From assembly GCA_041660305.1 (NCBI GenBank), contig JBAZWO010000003.1, positions 8,705 to 72,704 on the forward strand: a stretch of DNA of 64,000 bases, in the 5' to 3' direction. Shown here in pieces: positions 1 to 9,343 of the stretch. The position numbers and the translations under genes were made by a program. The notes beneath the pieces were generated by a model, which had not been told where the DNA came from, did not search any database, and saw nothing but the letters and a program-made list of their open reading frames with translations. Positions within the stretch are counted from its first letter, which is position 1, and each line of letters starts with the position of its first letter. The stretch is from Patescibacteria group bacterium (GTDB lineage: Bacteria > Patescibacteriota > Patescibacteriia > UBA9570).

Positions 1-348
1 ATACCAATCAGCTTAATCTTTATGATCTTGGTACTAATTGCTAATAAAAAGAACCATACTACCTCTGCAGTAAAATATAACATCATAAAAATATTACCTT
101 GGTTTATCCTTGGGTTTATCGGCCTGGCTATAATTAATTCTACCGGCATCATAAATCAAACTGTTTTGTTACACACAAAAACAACAGCAAAATTTATGAT
201 TGTGATGGCTTTGTCGGCCGTTGGTTTAAAAACTGATTTTAAAAAAATGCTGCAAAGCGGATTTAAACCATTATTGGTCGGTGCCCTAACCTGGTTGTCT
301 GTATCCATTACCAGCCTGGCTGTTCAATATTTCACTGGTCAATTGTGA
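1..348 (+). CDS. C-terminal part of a YeiH/UPF0324-family integral membrane protein (gene continues upstream of the window)
   Basis: The frame is open from base 1. The hydrophobic segments and the stretch LPWFILGF...ALSAVGLKTDFKKMLQSGFKPLLVG resemble the C-terminus of YeiH-type putative exporters. Confidence 0.55.
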   Translation: MPISLIFMILVLIANKKNHTTSAVKYNIIKILPWFILGFIGLAIINSTGIINQTVLLHTKTTAKFMIVMALSAVGLKTDFKKMLQSGFKPLLVGALTWLSVSITSLAVQYFTGQL

Positions 349-429
349 TATATAAATAACCTAATTTAAGTAATCATTGCCAAAAAACGCTTGATTTGTT
401 AAAATACCTCACGCTTTGTGATTATCTAT

Positions 430-501
430 GGCAGGGTAGCTCAGCGGTAGAGCAGAGGCTTCATAAGTCTTTGGTCGCGGGTTCAAATCCCGCCCCTGCT
501 A
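430..501 (+). tRNA. tRNA-Met (anticodon CAT); could instead be a lysidine-modified tRNA-Ile2
   Basis: Hand-folded cloverleaf: acceptor GGCAGGG/CCCTGCT, D-arm GCTC-AGCGGTA-GAGC, anticodon loop TTCATAA, T-arm GCGGG-TTCAAAT-CCCGC. No encoded CCA. It lacks initiator hallmarks (no three G-C pairs in the anticodon stem). Confidence 0.85.
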
Positions 502-511
502 CGAGAGTTGT

Positions 512-2131
512 TTAACAACTCGAACATTTCATGGTGAGCGTGGCGCAGCTGGTTAGCGCACCGGTTTGTGGTACCGGTGGTCGCGGGTTCGAATCCCGTC
601 GCTCACCCAATAGACCCCTTATTATAACTTTCTCTCGTATCTTACTTTGAGAAGGTTGTAGTAAAATTACTTTGTTTGTATTAATTAATGATTCCAATAA
701 CGGTGTAAACTGCACCTCTGTTATGGTTTTATTGGCAGCGGTAATTCTATGAAAAATCAGACCCATATAATGCCGTTGTTGGTCTAGATTGGCCTGTTTG
801 TATAAACTAGAAAAATTACGAGAAAATTGTAATAACTTCACTAGATTATGCACGTATAACTCATGGACTTTCTCTAGTTTATTCAACTCGCTTTGCACAT
901 GAGCTATATCAGCTTTGATAGTTATAGCAACACGTTGGTAATCCTCATCTGAAATTACCCCTTTAAACAATTTATCTTCTACTACCGTACGTTTATGCTC
1001 TAAAGCAGTTAATTGATTTACCAAACCTTGTCTTTTACTACTTTCCTTATTACACATTCCCTCGTATTTTTGCTTCACTTTGGCCACTACTTTATTAATA
1101 AATTCGTCAGAAAATTGTAGCCGTTCAATAATTGCAAAGGCTTGCTTCTCTAATTCACTACACTCTACATACTTGTCTTTGCAACCAGTCGTTTTGGTAC
1201 AATGGTAATAAGATACATGCTTTTTTGGATGATGCTCTGCCGTATACTTTTTTCCACATTTACTACACCACACAAAACCACGTAATAAAAAACTATGCTT
1301 AATGTCTCTACTCCCTCGCTGTGAACGTGATGCTTTTACTGTTTGAACAATATCAAATAATTCTTTATTTATAAGTGGTGTGTGCCTACCTTGTGCAACA
1401 ATATCACCCCATTTAACCTCACCGTAATACACTTGATTGCTTAATATTTCTGCCATACGGCTATGCCCTACTCCATTACCACGAAATCCCCGTAAACCTT
1501 CTTTATACGCTAACTCTACTAACTCCTGCACTGGATAATTACCAGTAGCATATAATTCAAATATTTTCTTCACAATTGGCCCCATCATCTTATCTACTTC
1601 AATTGTTTTTGTACCGTCGCTTTTAGTGATATTTTTGTATCCTACAGGTGCAATACCAGGCCAACCACCCTCTTTGGCCTTTTGTTCAAGGCCTTTCTTA
1701 GTTTTTCGCCGAGTAATATCGAGCTGAAACTGATTAAACGTAGCTAACATCATATCTATCATTTTGCCTTCAGCACTATCATCAATTGCTGGTTGAGAAA
1801 TTGAAATAACCTGCACGCCTACTTTTCTCAATGAAGCTTTTATAGTGAGGTGTCCCTGTACATCACGAGCTAGCCGGTCAGTATCCTGCACTAATACGGC
1901 TTTTACTTCTTTATGACTTGCACAATACCCCAACATTTCTTGCAAAGCCGGCCGATTAAGCGAACTAGCACTTTTGCCAGGGTCTTCAAAAATTTTTACT
2001 ACTACAAAACCATTTCTGTCAGCAAATTCTTTGCATAATTGTTTTTGTGCGTTTAAAGAGTGCTTATCATCCTTAGCCTGCTCTTCAGTAGAAACTCGAG
2101 CATAAATAACAGCTTGTTGTGTCATAATCAT
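512..2131 (-). CDS. Large serine recombinase (integrase of the adjacent element)
   Basis: N-terminal resolvase-type motif VIYARVSTEEQ with the catalytic Ser. Central recombinase domain, Cys-rich zinc ribbon (CSKCGKKY...YYHC) and a coiled-coil tail. The last ~32 codons are the antisense of tRNA-His. Confidence 0.9.
   Translation of the reverse strand: MIMTQQAVIYARVSTEEQAKDDKHSLNAQKQLCKEFADRNGFVVVKIFEDPGKSASSLNRPALQEMLGYCASHKEVKAVLVQDTDRLARDVQGHLTIKASLRKVGVQVISISQPAIDDSAEGKMIDMMLATFNQFQLDITRRKTKKGLEQKAKEGGWPGIAPVGYKNITKSDGTKTIEVDKMMGPIVKKIFELYATGNYPVQELVELAYKEGLRGFRGNGVGHSRMAEILSNQVYYGEVKWGDIVAQGRHTPLINKELFDIVQTVKASRSQRGSRDIKHSFLLRGFVWCSKCGKKYTAEHHPKKHVSYYHCTKTTGCKDKYVECSELEKQAFAIIERLQFSDEFINKVVAKVKQKYEGMCNKESSKRQGLVNQLTALEHKRTVVEDKLFKGVISDEDYQRVAITIKADIAHVQSELNKLEKVHELYVHNLVKLLQFSRNFSSLYKQANLDQQRHYMGLIFHRITAANKTITEVQFTPLLESLINTNKVILLQPSQSKIREKVIIRGLLGERRDSNPRPPVPQTGALTSCATLTMKCSSC
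533..607 (+). tRNA. tRNA-His (anticodon GTG) with genomically encoded G-1
   Basis: Extra 5' G pairs with C73. Acceptor GTGAGCG/CGCTCAC, anticodon stem CCGGT/ACCGG with loop TTGTGGT, T-arm GCGGG-TTCGAAT-CCCGT. Confidence 0.9.
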
Positions 2132-2139
2132 TGTATTAT

Positions 2140-2283
2140 TTACCCTTTTGGTTTCTTTCGGTCTTTAGCCCAATAGGGTGATTTGCACTTCGGACAAACA
2201 CGTATATCAGCAGTACGTGGCACCCAAGTGTGATTACAACGTTTACATTGAATAGTTTGGATAATAATTGATGGATTGTTCAT
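2140..2283 (-). CDS. Small (47 aa) CxxC...CxxC zinc-ribbon protein directly upstream of the recombinase (not in the supplied ORF track)
   Basis: My translation: MNNPSIIIQTIQCKRCNHTWVPRTADIRVCPKCKSPYWAKDRKKPKG. The stop lies 8 nt before the recombinase ATG, on the same strand. Confidence 0.4.
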   Translation of the reverse strand: MNNPSIIIQTIQCKRCNHTWVPRTADIRVCPKCKSPYWAKDRKKPKG

Positions 2284-2672
2284 ATCTTATAATATAATAC
2301 TATAGTAATATAATTGCAATAGGGTGTTTTAAAAACATTTCTCTGTCTCCCTAGATTTTTGCCTATTTTTCGCTTAATTATCAGGTGATAATCTGTATTA
2401 TCAAAATTAACAATCACCATAAAAAATTTATATAAACTACATACAATATAATGACTATAGTTTTTGTTGCGTGTTTAGCTGCCCAATATTAACTGTTATA
2501 ACTTGTGTATATTTTCATACATTCAATCCTTATGTGGTTTTTGAAAACGATTGGCTGCTTTTTTTGACAATATAATACATGTAACAAAATCATGGCGTTT
2601 AAGACGCAAGTTAAGACAGATAAACTATGAATTTGCTATAATAACCAGTAGCTAAACTTCCACAACACACTC

Positions 2673-2990
2673 ATGCAAGAAACAGAACCTTACGATAGAA
2701 AACATCGTCAACGTATTACCGATAAAACCATTAAACCTATTCTCAAACGTTTACGTGGTTATCAAAATAACTTCATTTCGCTCAATGCCATCGCCTTAGT
2801 AATGAAACGCAGTTTACGTACAATTCAACATCATACCCGTCGTGGTTATCTATTTCCTCATTGTGCCTCATTTACTATGCGTCAACGATACGTGGTAGAA
2901 TTGCCTGATTTCATTCGTTATATTAAAACCTATTGGCGAATTGATACTAATGGTAACTATGTGTTTAAACGTCGTAGAGTCAAACCTTAG
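2673..2990 (+). CDS. Hypothetical basic protein, possibly an HTH/excisionase-like DNA binder
   Basis: Basic 105-aa ORF. The segment ISLNAIALVMKRSLRTIQHHTRRGYL looks like a helix-turn-helix. An extended -10 (TGCTATAAT, 2634-2642) lies ~30 nt upstream. Confidence 0.3.
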   Translation: MQETEPYDRKHRQRITDKTIKPILKRLRGYQNNFISLNAIALVMKRSLRTIQHHTRRGYLFPHCASFTMRQRYVVELPDFIRYIKTYWRIDTNGNYVFKRRRVKP

Positions 2991-3133
2991 TAATTGATAA
3001 GAGTAGATTTAGATGCTTCATAGGAGAACGACCAGAAGACACTGACACAAAAGCGAAAGCGCTATAAATACAGCATCTTAAGTGCCTAAATTAATAAGCT
3101 CTATACGAACACTGGCTATACTAGTTACTTAGT

Positions 3134-5293
3134 CTATCTCACCACACTCGTAGTCGCCTGCAAACCATCTAGTTGTTGTAAAAATTCAGTTCCTTTGGGT
3201 AAATTAATCGTAAAACAGCTACCTTTATTGACACCGGCACTAGTAAAGGTGAGTGTACCACCCGAAGCAATCACAATCTTTTTAGCATTATGAACCCCTA
3301 ACCCAGACCCGTTAGCATGGTAATCAATAATATTTTTGCCACGATAAAACTTTTCACCAATATGTTTGGCTTCTTCCACATCAAAACCTCGGCCTTGGTC
3401 TTGAATTTGAATCTGTACATGACCATTGGGTTGCTGAGTAGCGGTAATGGTTACTATTCCATCATGACCATACACAATAGCATTGTGAATTAAGGCTGAG
3501 AGCACTGTCGTGAACTTCTCAGGGTCACTGGTAATACGAGGCAAGTTCGGTTGCACAGTGACATTCAATTTTACTAGTTTAGCTTGAGCAAGCGGTTGTA
3601 GTTGTTGAATCACGGTTTGTAGTACGGTAGCCACATTCACAGGGGCAAAATTCATGTTAGCGGTATTACCTTCTAAATGCGCTGCATCAAGCATGCCTTG
3701 CACAATGCTCTGAAATTCCTTAATGCGAGGCGATACTCCTTTAATATAAGATTGGATTTCTTGCACACCTACGTCTCCCTCTTCAATCATGGCAAAGGCA
3801 CTACGGATAATACTCAAGGGGGTGTTAAATTGATGGTCCACGATATGTAAAAACTCTTCCTTCATGCGTTGTAATTCTGTAATACTCAGCTTTAGATTAT
3901 TGCGTTCACGAGTTAATTCATCGACTCGGTTACGGTATTGAGTAAATAAAATAGATTTAGTAACAGCCATCGCTAAGGCAGGGCTAATTTTGGTAAATAC
4001 AGTAATATCTTCACTGGTATAGGCAGTGTTACGTTGTTTGGAGCCTAAAATAATAAATCCTACTAAATCATTGGAGAGAATTAACGGAATACATACCCCA
4101 TCGGTGAGTGGTGCAAAAGCTTGTTGTAACTTGGTATGAATGGGTGAGGAGAGATAGGGTAACTCACTAATGACCAGAGTTTCTTTCGTTTTTACAAAAT
4201 AATCATAGACGAATTGATGCAAGGCAGATTCTGTCCAAATACCTAATTTAGCTAATGGAATATTTTTAGCTTTATAAATGTGATAGGTACGTTTAATTTG
4301 GTCATCAATGACGACAAAAGCAAAACCTTGAATATGCTGGAGTAAGAATACTCGCTCAATACTATTAATCAATAGCTCAAAATCAGTGATAGTAGAAGCA
4401 GTGTTACTTAATTGGGTTAAAGCTGTATGGAAGCGAAAGGTAGAAGAAAATAAGATATAGCCAAGGCAGGTGGTGTTAAAAATATATTCTAATAAAGCAT
4501 GTAGGACAATAGCAGTGAATATCACAATAATGCCAATAGTAACAGGAGCAATAGTGGTAAAATCATGAAAAAGGTAGGCTAGTATGGTAACAATAGCAAT
4601 AGTAAGAATGACGGGTAGAATCGTGTTAATCAGACGTTGTGCTTGAATTTGAATATCAAACAGGCGGTGTTTAATGATGGAGTAGCTCATTCCACCAATT
4701 ACAATAAGAGTGGCAAAAACACCAATATGATTATAAGCTGGTTTACCTACAATAATGGGAATAATTAAGTTAATAGTAAACGCTAAAACTATTCCAATAA
4801 TAAAGCTGATAGCAATATAAAGGATTTGTCGTTTTTGAATAGCTGTAGCATTACTATATTGTTGAATGAAATAATAAATAGCCAACAAAAATAAAAAAAT
4901 AAAATAAATAATATAGACATAAACAAAATAGCCAAATTCTAATTCAGGAAATTTTTTTACTACTAAACTAGTTAACGATATAGCCGATATTATGAAAGTA
5001 AGACTCAGTAAAATCCATTGGGATAACTTTTTGCTATTATCTTCTTTAGGAAAATATTGGAAAAATAAACCTAAGGTATAAACAATAAAAATACCAAACA
5101 GAAAAGTTAAACGTGCGAACAGAAAACTAGAATAGTTGATGAATACAATAGTACTAACACCCCAACCCGTAATAAAGAAGGACAACCAGAAAAAAATGCG
5201 ATTAGCTTTTTTATGAATATTGTAAAATAAAACAACCCCTCCCAATAGAAGATTTAGAGCTACTATAATGAACGAAACTACAGACCAAAACAT
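3134..5293 (-). CDS. Sensor histidine kinase (multi-TM N-terminus, GAF-like middle, HisKA + HATPase_c); no adjacent response regulator
   Basis: ~300 aa of TM helices. H-box EFLHIVDHQFNTPLS, N-box LIHNAIVYG, G-boxes DQGRGF and GSGLGV. Confidence 0.85.
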   Translation of the reverse strand: MFWSVVSFIIVALNLLLGGVVLFYNIHKKANRIFFWLSFFITGWGVSTIVFINYSSFLFARLTFLFGIFIVYTLGLFFQYFPKEDNSKKLSQWILLSLTFIISAISLTSLVVKKFPELEFGYFVYVYIIYFIFLFLLAIYYFIQQYSNATAIQKRQILYIAISFIIGIVLAFTINLIIPIIVGKPAYNHIGVFATLIVIGGMSYSIIKHRLFDIQIQAQRLINTILPVILTIAIVTILAYLFHDFTTIAPVTIGIIVIFTAIVLHALLEYIFNTTCLGYILFSSTFRFHTALTQLSNTASTITDFELLINSIERVFLLQHIQGFAFVVIDDQIKRTYHIYKAKNIPLAKLGIWTESALHQFVYDYFVKTKETLVISELPYLSSPIHTKLQQAFAPLTDGVCIPLILSNDLVGFIILGSKQRNTAYTSEDITVFTKISPALAMAVTKSILFTQYRNRVDELTRERNNLKLSITELQRMKEEFLHIVDHQFNTPLSIIRSAFAMIEEGDVGVQEIQSYIKGVSPRIKEFQSIVQGMLDAAHLEGNTANMNFAPVNVATVLQTVIQQLQPLAQAKLVKLNVTVQPNLPRITSDPEKFTTVLSALIHNAIVYGHDGIVTITATQQPNGHVQIQIQDQGRGFDVEEAKHIGEKFYRGKNIIDYHANGSGLGVHNAKKIVIASGGTLTFTSAGVNKGSCFTINLPKGTEFLQQLDGLQATTSVVR

Positions 5294-5394
5294 GCACTAT
5301 TAGTATATACTAATCTATGAATAATAAAAGTCGGGGAGCCATCGCCATGATGCACTCCCCGACAGTCCTCCAAAAAAAACGTGAACTCACCCGA

Positions 5395-6426
5395 CTACGG
5401 TACTTGGTAGGCCAACAGGCCTAATGTGAATCCAGCACCATAGATAAGGGAGAAAAATGAGTCACCCGAGCGCAGGCGTCCCGCCTGCATCAGGTCATGA
5501 AGTGCGATTGGCAACTCGGCTGTGACCAAGTTGCCCCTGTAGGCGTAGTCTTGGTGGCAGATTGCCAATGGAACGCCAGCAACCTCCTGGCTCTTGATGA
5601 ACAAGTCACGAGTGGGTTGGTGGATTAATGCTGCCGTAATTTGCTCGAGGGAGAATTCTGCATTGGAGCAGAATTCCTCGATGTATCTTGGCAACATTGT
5701 TTCCATCGCCTTAAAAAAAACCTCGCGGTTGTCCATGAAAAAACCAGTGCGACCAGCGGGTATCTCCGTAGGATACTGCGACCACGGCAGTGGGTAAAAA
5801 ATCGTAGGCCAGTACCGCTGCCTACTGCCGTCTTCATAGTCCATCCACGGGATTGTCCACGTCTGAACTGCCAGCCGCTTGTGACCGTCGGCAGCCCTGC
5901 GGAGTAGGATGCCACCCGCTCCATCAGCGAAGATGAAGCGGTGCATTGGATTCCCCCAAACGGACGGGTTGGTTGACAGCCGAGCACCTGCCAACACCAA
6001 CACGGTTTGATATACCCCTGTTTCTATCAGAGCGGCGGCATGTTGTATGGCCATGGTCGTGCCTGCGCACGACCCGTGCATATCGATTCCAGACCCCCGA
6101 ATACCGAGTTGTTCCTGAATAACAGCACCAACATGAGGAGCACCGATATCAGGGGGAAAGGGGCATGTCAGAAGACAGTCCACTTCACTGACATCGACGC
6201 CAGCGTTGTTGAGGGTGTTTTTTGCTGCCTCGACCATCATGTCAGCACAGGTTTCATTTTGTGCTGCCACATGCCGTTGTTTGACTCCCAATAACGCGTA
6301 GATTGCTTCAGAGGACATGGTGAAATTTGGAAAATCACCAAGTAGCTCCTCGTTACTTACTACTCGTTGTGGTAAGTACATACCAACGGTCATGTCGATT
6401 GCGAACTTAACATTACGGCTAATCAT
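5395..6426 (-). CDS. 3-oxoacyl-ACP synthase III (FabH/KAS III)-like condensing enzyme
   Basis: Thiolase-fold pattern with Cys in HGSCAGT, His in LIHQP and Asn in YRGNLVTAELP, plus a GAGFT C-terminus. The gene sits in a visibly G+C-richer patch. Confidence 0.7.
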   Translation of the reverse strand: MISRNVKFAIDMTVGMYLPQRVVSNEELLGDFPNFTMSSEAIYALLGVKQRHVAAQNETCADMMVEAAKNTLNNAGVDVSEVDCLLTCPFPPDIGAPHVGAVIQEQLGIRGSGIDMHGSCAGTTMAIQHAAALIETGVYQTVLVLAGARLSTNPSVWGNPMHRFIFADGAGGILLRRAADGHKRLAVQTWTIPWMDYEDGSRQRYWPTIFYPLPWSQYPTEIPAGRTGFFMDNREVFFKAMETMLPRYIEEFCSNAEFSLEQITAALIHQPTRDLFIKSQEVAGVPLAICHQDYAYRGNLVTAELPIALHDLMQAGRLRSGDSFFSLIYGAGFTLGLLAYQVP

Positions 6427-6686
6427 TTTAAACCTCCATACAGTTGTTGGTGGGGACGGTTTTTTGTTGAACTATAATAAAACTCTTGTAAAAGAGCGAA
6501 TTTATGTCGTACGTATTACACTATCGTAAAATGAAATAAAGTCAAAATATGAATTGCATATAATTAGCAAAGTGAACCATTATAATAAATAGGAGATAAC
6601 ATTAAATTATGCTACGATAATGAAATTAATGCTTTGAAAATCTATGATTGAGTAATGCACAAAGTATAAAATTTAACTAAATTTAT

Positions 6687-7847
6687 ATGTTACAAACTAT
6701 ATTAGAGCAAAATAAAGTAGAAGATTTAAAACAGTTAATTGAAAATGAGATACACGAAAACAGAACTATTGAATATAAACAAACACTACTCCTCGACTCA
6801 TCAGAAAATAAAAAAGAGTTTCTAAAAGACGTATCTTCATTTGCTAATACTGAAGGTGGCGATTTAATTTTTGGTTTAAAGGAAGAAAATGGTTTGCCAA
6901 CCGCTATTGTTGGTTTAGAATTGCATGATATTGATGCCGAAAAATTACGAATTGAATCTTTAATTCGCGACGGTATTGAACCACGTATTCAATCTAAAAT
7001 TCATACAATTTTTCTGGACGACCACAAAGTAGTTATAATAATACGAATAAAGAAAAGTTGGACTGCTCCACATCGTGTAATATTAGGCGGTCATGATAAA
7101 TTTTATGCTCGTAATTCAGCCGGAAAATATCCAATGAATACAAATCAACTTAGAGAAATGTTTAATGCTTCTATGACAATCTACGATAAAATTAAACAAT
7201 TTAGAGTTGAAAAACTTGCCGAAATTATTGCTGATGAAACACCTGTTTCATTAAGCGGAAAAACAAAAATAGTTTTGCATATTATTCCATTTACTGCCTT
7301 TGACCCCATAACTAAATTTACAATTGAAGAACTACAATCTATTAGTGGTGAACTACGCCCAATATATAGTTATGGTTATACTCCAAGAATTAATATCAAT
7401 GGACTGTTAAATTATAGTAGTAGTGAACAAAGTATACATACTTATCTACAACTCTATAGAAACGGTATTATCGAAGCAGTTGATAGTTCTATATTAGACC
7501 GTACAGGAAAAGAAAAATATATTCCTGATAAAGTATTTGAGAAGGAAATACTTGAAGCCTTAACTCAATATCTATCAGTAATAAAACAATTAAGTTTACA
7601 TTCTCCTTATGTCATTGCCTTGACCTTGATAAATATTAGAGGTTATAAATTTAGACGAATAAGCGGGCTAGAATATCATATTGAAAAAGATACTTTAATA
7701 TTACCAGAATCAATTATAGACCCAGATGTTATACCTAACGCCTCATCTATTCTCCGACCAATGTTTGATATTATTTGGAATGCCTGTGGACTTATAAAAT
7801 CCCCTAATTTTGACAAAGATAATAAATGGATTGGTGATAAACACTAA
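6687..7847 (+). CDS. AlbA_2 (Schlafen-type putative DNA-binding) domain protein with an uncharacterised C-terminal half
   Basis: N-terminal pattern ENRTIEYKQTL...KEFLKDVSSFANTEGGDLIFGLKE...PHRV...FYARNSAG is typical of AlbA_2 domains. Confidence 0.55.
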   Translation: MLQTILEQNKVEDLKQLIENEIHENRTIEYKQTLLLDSSENKKEFLKDVSSFANTEGGDLIFGLKEENGLPTAIVGLELHDIDAEKLRIESLIRDGIEPRIQSKIHTIFLDDHKVVIIIRIKKSWTAPHRVILGGHDKFYARNSAGKYPMNTNQLREMFNASMTIYDKIKQFRVEKLAEIIADETPVSLSGKTKIVLHIIPFTAFDPITKFTIEELQSISGELRPIYSYGYTPRININGLLNYSSSEQSIHTYLQLYRNGIIEAVDSSILDRTGKEKYIPDKVFEKEILEALTQYLSVIKQLSLHSPYVIALTLINIRGYKFRRISGLEYHIEKDTLILPESIIDPDVIPNASSILRPMFDIIWNACGLIKSPNFDKDNKWIGDKH

Positions 7848-7867
7848 CAAGTAAGTAAAATAAATTA

Positions 7868-8638
7868 TTATTTCTGTCGTTGTTTTAGTGCTTCCCACAC
7901 CAACTGATAAATCAATTTTTGCAACTGCGCAAATTCTCGGGATTCAATTACCACCGCCATTTTTTCTTTCCACGAAGCAATGAGCACTTTATCGTTATAA
8001 ATATTTACTTCTGGCGAAAATGTAGCTTCCTTATCGGGTAAAAAACTAGATTCACGTAATTCAGCTTTATCTTGTTTAGCTCGTTCCTGTGAAGACTTAT
8101 TTTGAGGCATAAGCGCTTTAATCGCTACTTTGGCTTTGGAACGTCGCGCATAATATTCTGGAAAAAAATTTGGTAATGCTTCATGCATGGTTTCCACATT
8201 CGCATAGGCTAGAATTGATTCCTGCGCAGTGAGCGTATCTTCATACGCTTCGCGCATACCTTTTTCGCCCTCATAAAACGTTACTTTAGGTTTGGTACTT
8301 TGCGGATGTAATAACGAAGCTAATTCAGGCAAAACTTGTTGCACTAGTTGTTGCTGAGTTTTTATTTTTTTATCAAATTCTTCCCGTTCACGTTCCAAAT
8401 AGTGAATTAAACGCTTCGGGTCTCCCGCATGAAAGTAAATTTTGCTTTTCTTTTTAAATTTGCTAATTAAGCCTTTTTTCATAAGGCTTTCTAGGATGTC
8501 GTAACAGCTAGTACGATTTAAATTCGTTTTTTTACTAATTTGCGTAGGTGTAGCCGAATCTAATTCTAACAGAGCTAGGTAGATACTGGTTTCTTTAGGG
8601 GAAAAGTCCAATTGTTCAAAAATGGTTGTAAATAACAT
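7868..8638 (-). CDS. TrmB-family winged-helix transcriptional regulator (paralog 1 of 4)
   Basis: N-terminal wHTH (SPKETSIYLALLELDSATPTQISKKTNLNRTSCYDILESLMKKGLI). I prefer the internal ATG at 8638 (MLFTTIFEQL...) over the track start at 8737, whose N-terminal extension is non-homologous. Confidence 0.75.
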   Translation of the reverse strand: MLFTTIFEQLDFSPKETSIYLALLELDSATPTQISKKTNLNRTSCYDILESLMKKGLISKFKKKSKIYFHAGDPKRLIHYLEREREEFDKKIKTQQQLVQQVLPELASLLHPQSTKPKVTFYEGEKGMREAYEDTLTAQESILAYANVETMHEALPNFFPEYYARRSKAKVAIKALMPQNKSSQERAKQDKAELRESSFLPDKEATFSPEVNIYNDKVLIASWKEKMAVVIESREFAQLQKLIYQLVWEALKQRQK

Positions 8639-8820
8639 AAATGTTGTGGAAATAATATCGACATTATTAGTATAGCAAATAAAGCATACAATTACAATAT
8701 TAACAGATAATGTCGAATATAGTATGAACATATTCAATATATCCTGCTATGCTTGGTTGTTGCTTAAGGCTAAGTAAATTCTTAAGCAACAATGCTCTTT
8801 CACAATCTTTTGAGGTGGTT

Positions 8821-9222
8821 ATGAGAACGAAATTTTTGTCCTTGGTTCATGAGTTTCTTTATCCGTTTACCACGCCGTGTCGTATGCTTGGTTGTGAGCT
8901 TCACCATCTTACTATTTTCTGGTGGAGTCTAAATGAAATGGAAAGAATCAATGTACGCCAGGAATTAGCAATGCTACTTAATTCACTGGCAACCAATCCT
9001 CCACCCGCCGATTATAAGCTCAACAGTGTACCAAATGTCCAGTTTGCAATTGGCCGCATCTTAGGAGTCGCACTTCTTGTGGGTTTACCTCAGTGCGTCA
9101 GGGCGCTCAAACCTCATATTGAGGAATGGCTTCCTTGTGGCACAGAAGGCGTGTATGGCGGAAGTGAGCAGGACGTTATTATTTTGCAGGCTGCACTCCG
9201 AGTGTTCAATAACCAACCTTAG
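8821..9222 (+). CDS. Hypothetical protein (G+C-richer patch)
   Basis: The ATG at 8821 is preceded by GAGGTGG. The ORF is open to 9222. No recognisable domain. Confidence 0.35.
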   Translation: MRTKFLSLVHEFLYPFTTPCRMLGCELHHLTIFWWSLNEMERINVRQELAMLLNSLATNPPPADYKLNSVPNVQFAIGRILGVALLVGLPQCVRALKPHIEEWLPCGTEGVYGGSEQDVIILQAALRVFNNQP

Positions 9223-9343
9223 TTCTTTTACGTGTCCGCCTGTCACGATTCCCACCTACAGGCATATCCCCGTGTTCATCTTTCAGTATGAAGGTGGGTA
9301 GTGGGATTATAAGTTAGTTACTGTACCTATAACAATCAATTTA

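Noticed and set aside
5594-6529. Cluster of 67-120 aa ORFs in several frames (5594-5797, 5625-5987, 5641-5907, 6007-6294, 6317-6529) overlapping the KAS III gene
   Set aside because: They overlap a well-supported 343-aa condensing-enzyme ORF and have Arg/Gly/Pro/Ser-rich, low-information translations. They are the expected by-product of locally higher G+C (fewer stop codons), not genes.
9077-9301. 74-aa plus-strand ORF overlapping the end of 8821-9222
   Set aside because: It is an alternative frame in a locally G+C-richer patch and overlaps the longer ORF. There is no start context or motif.
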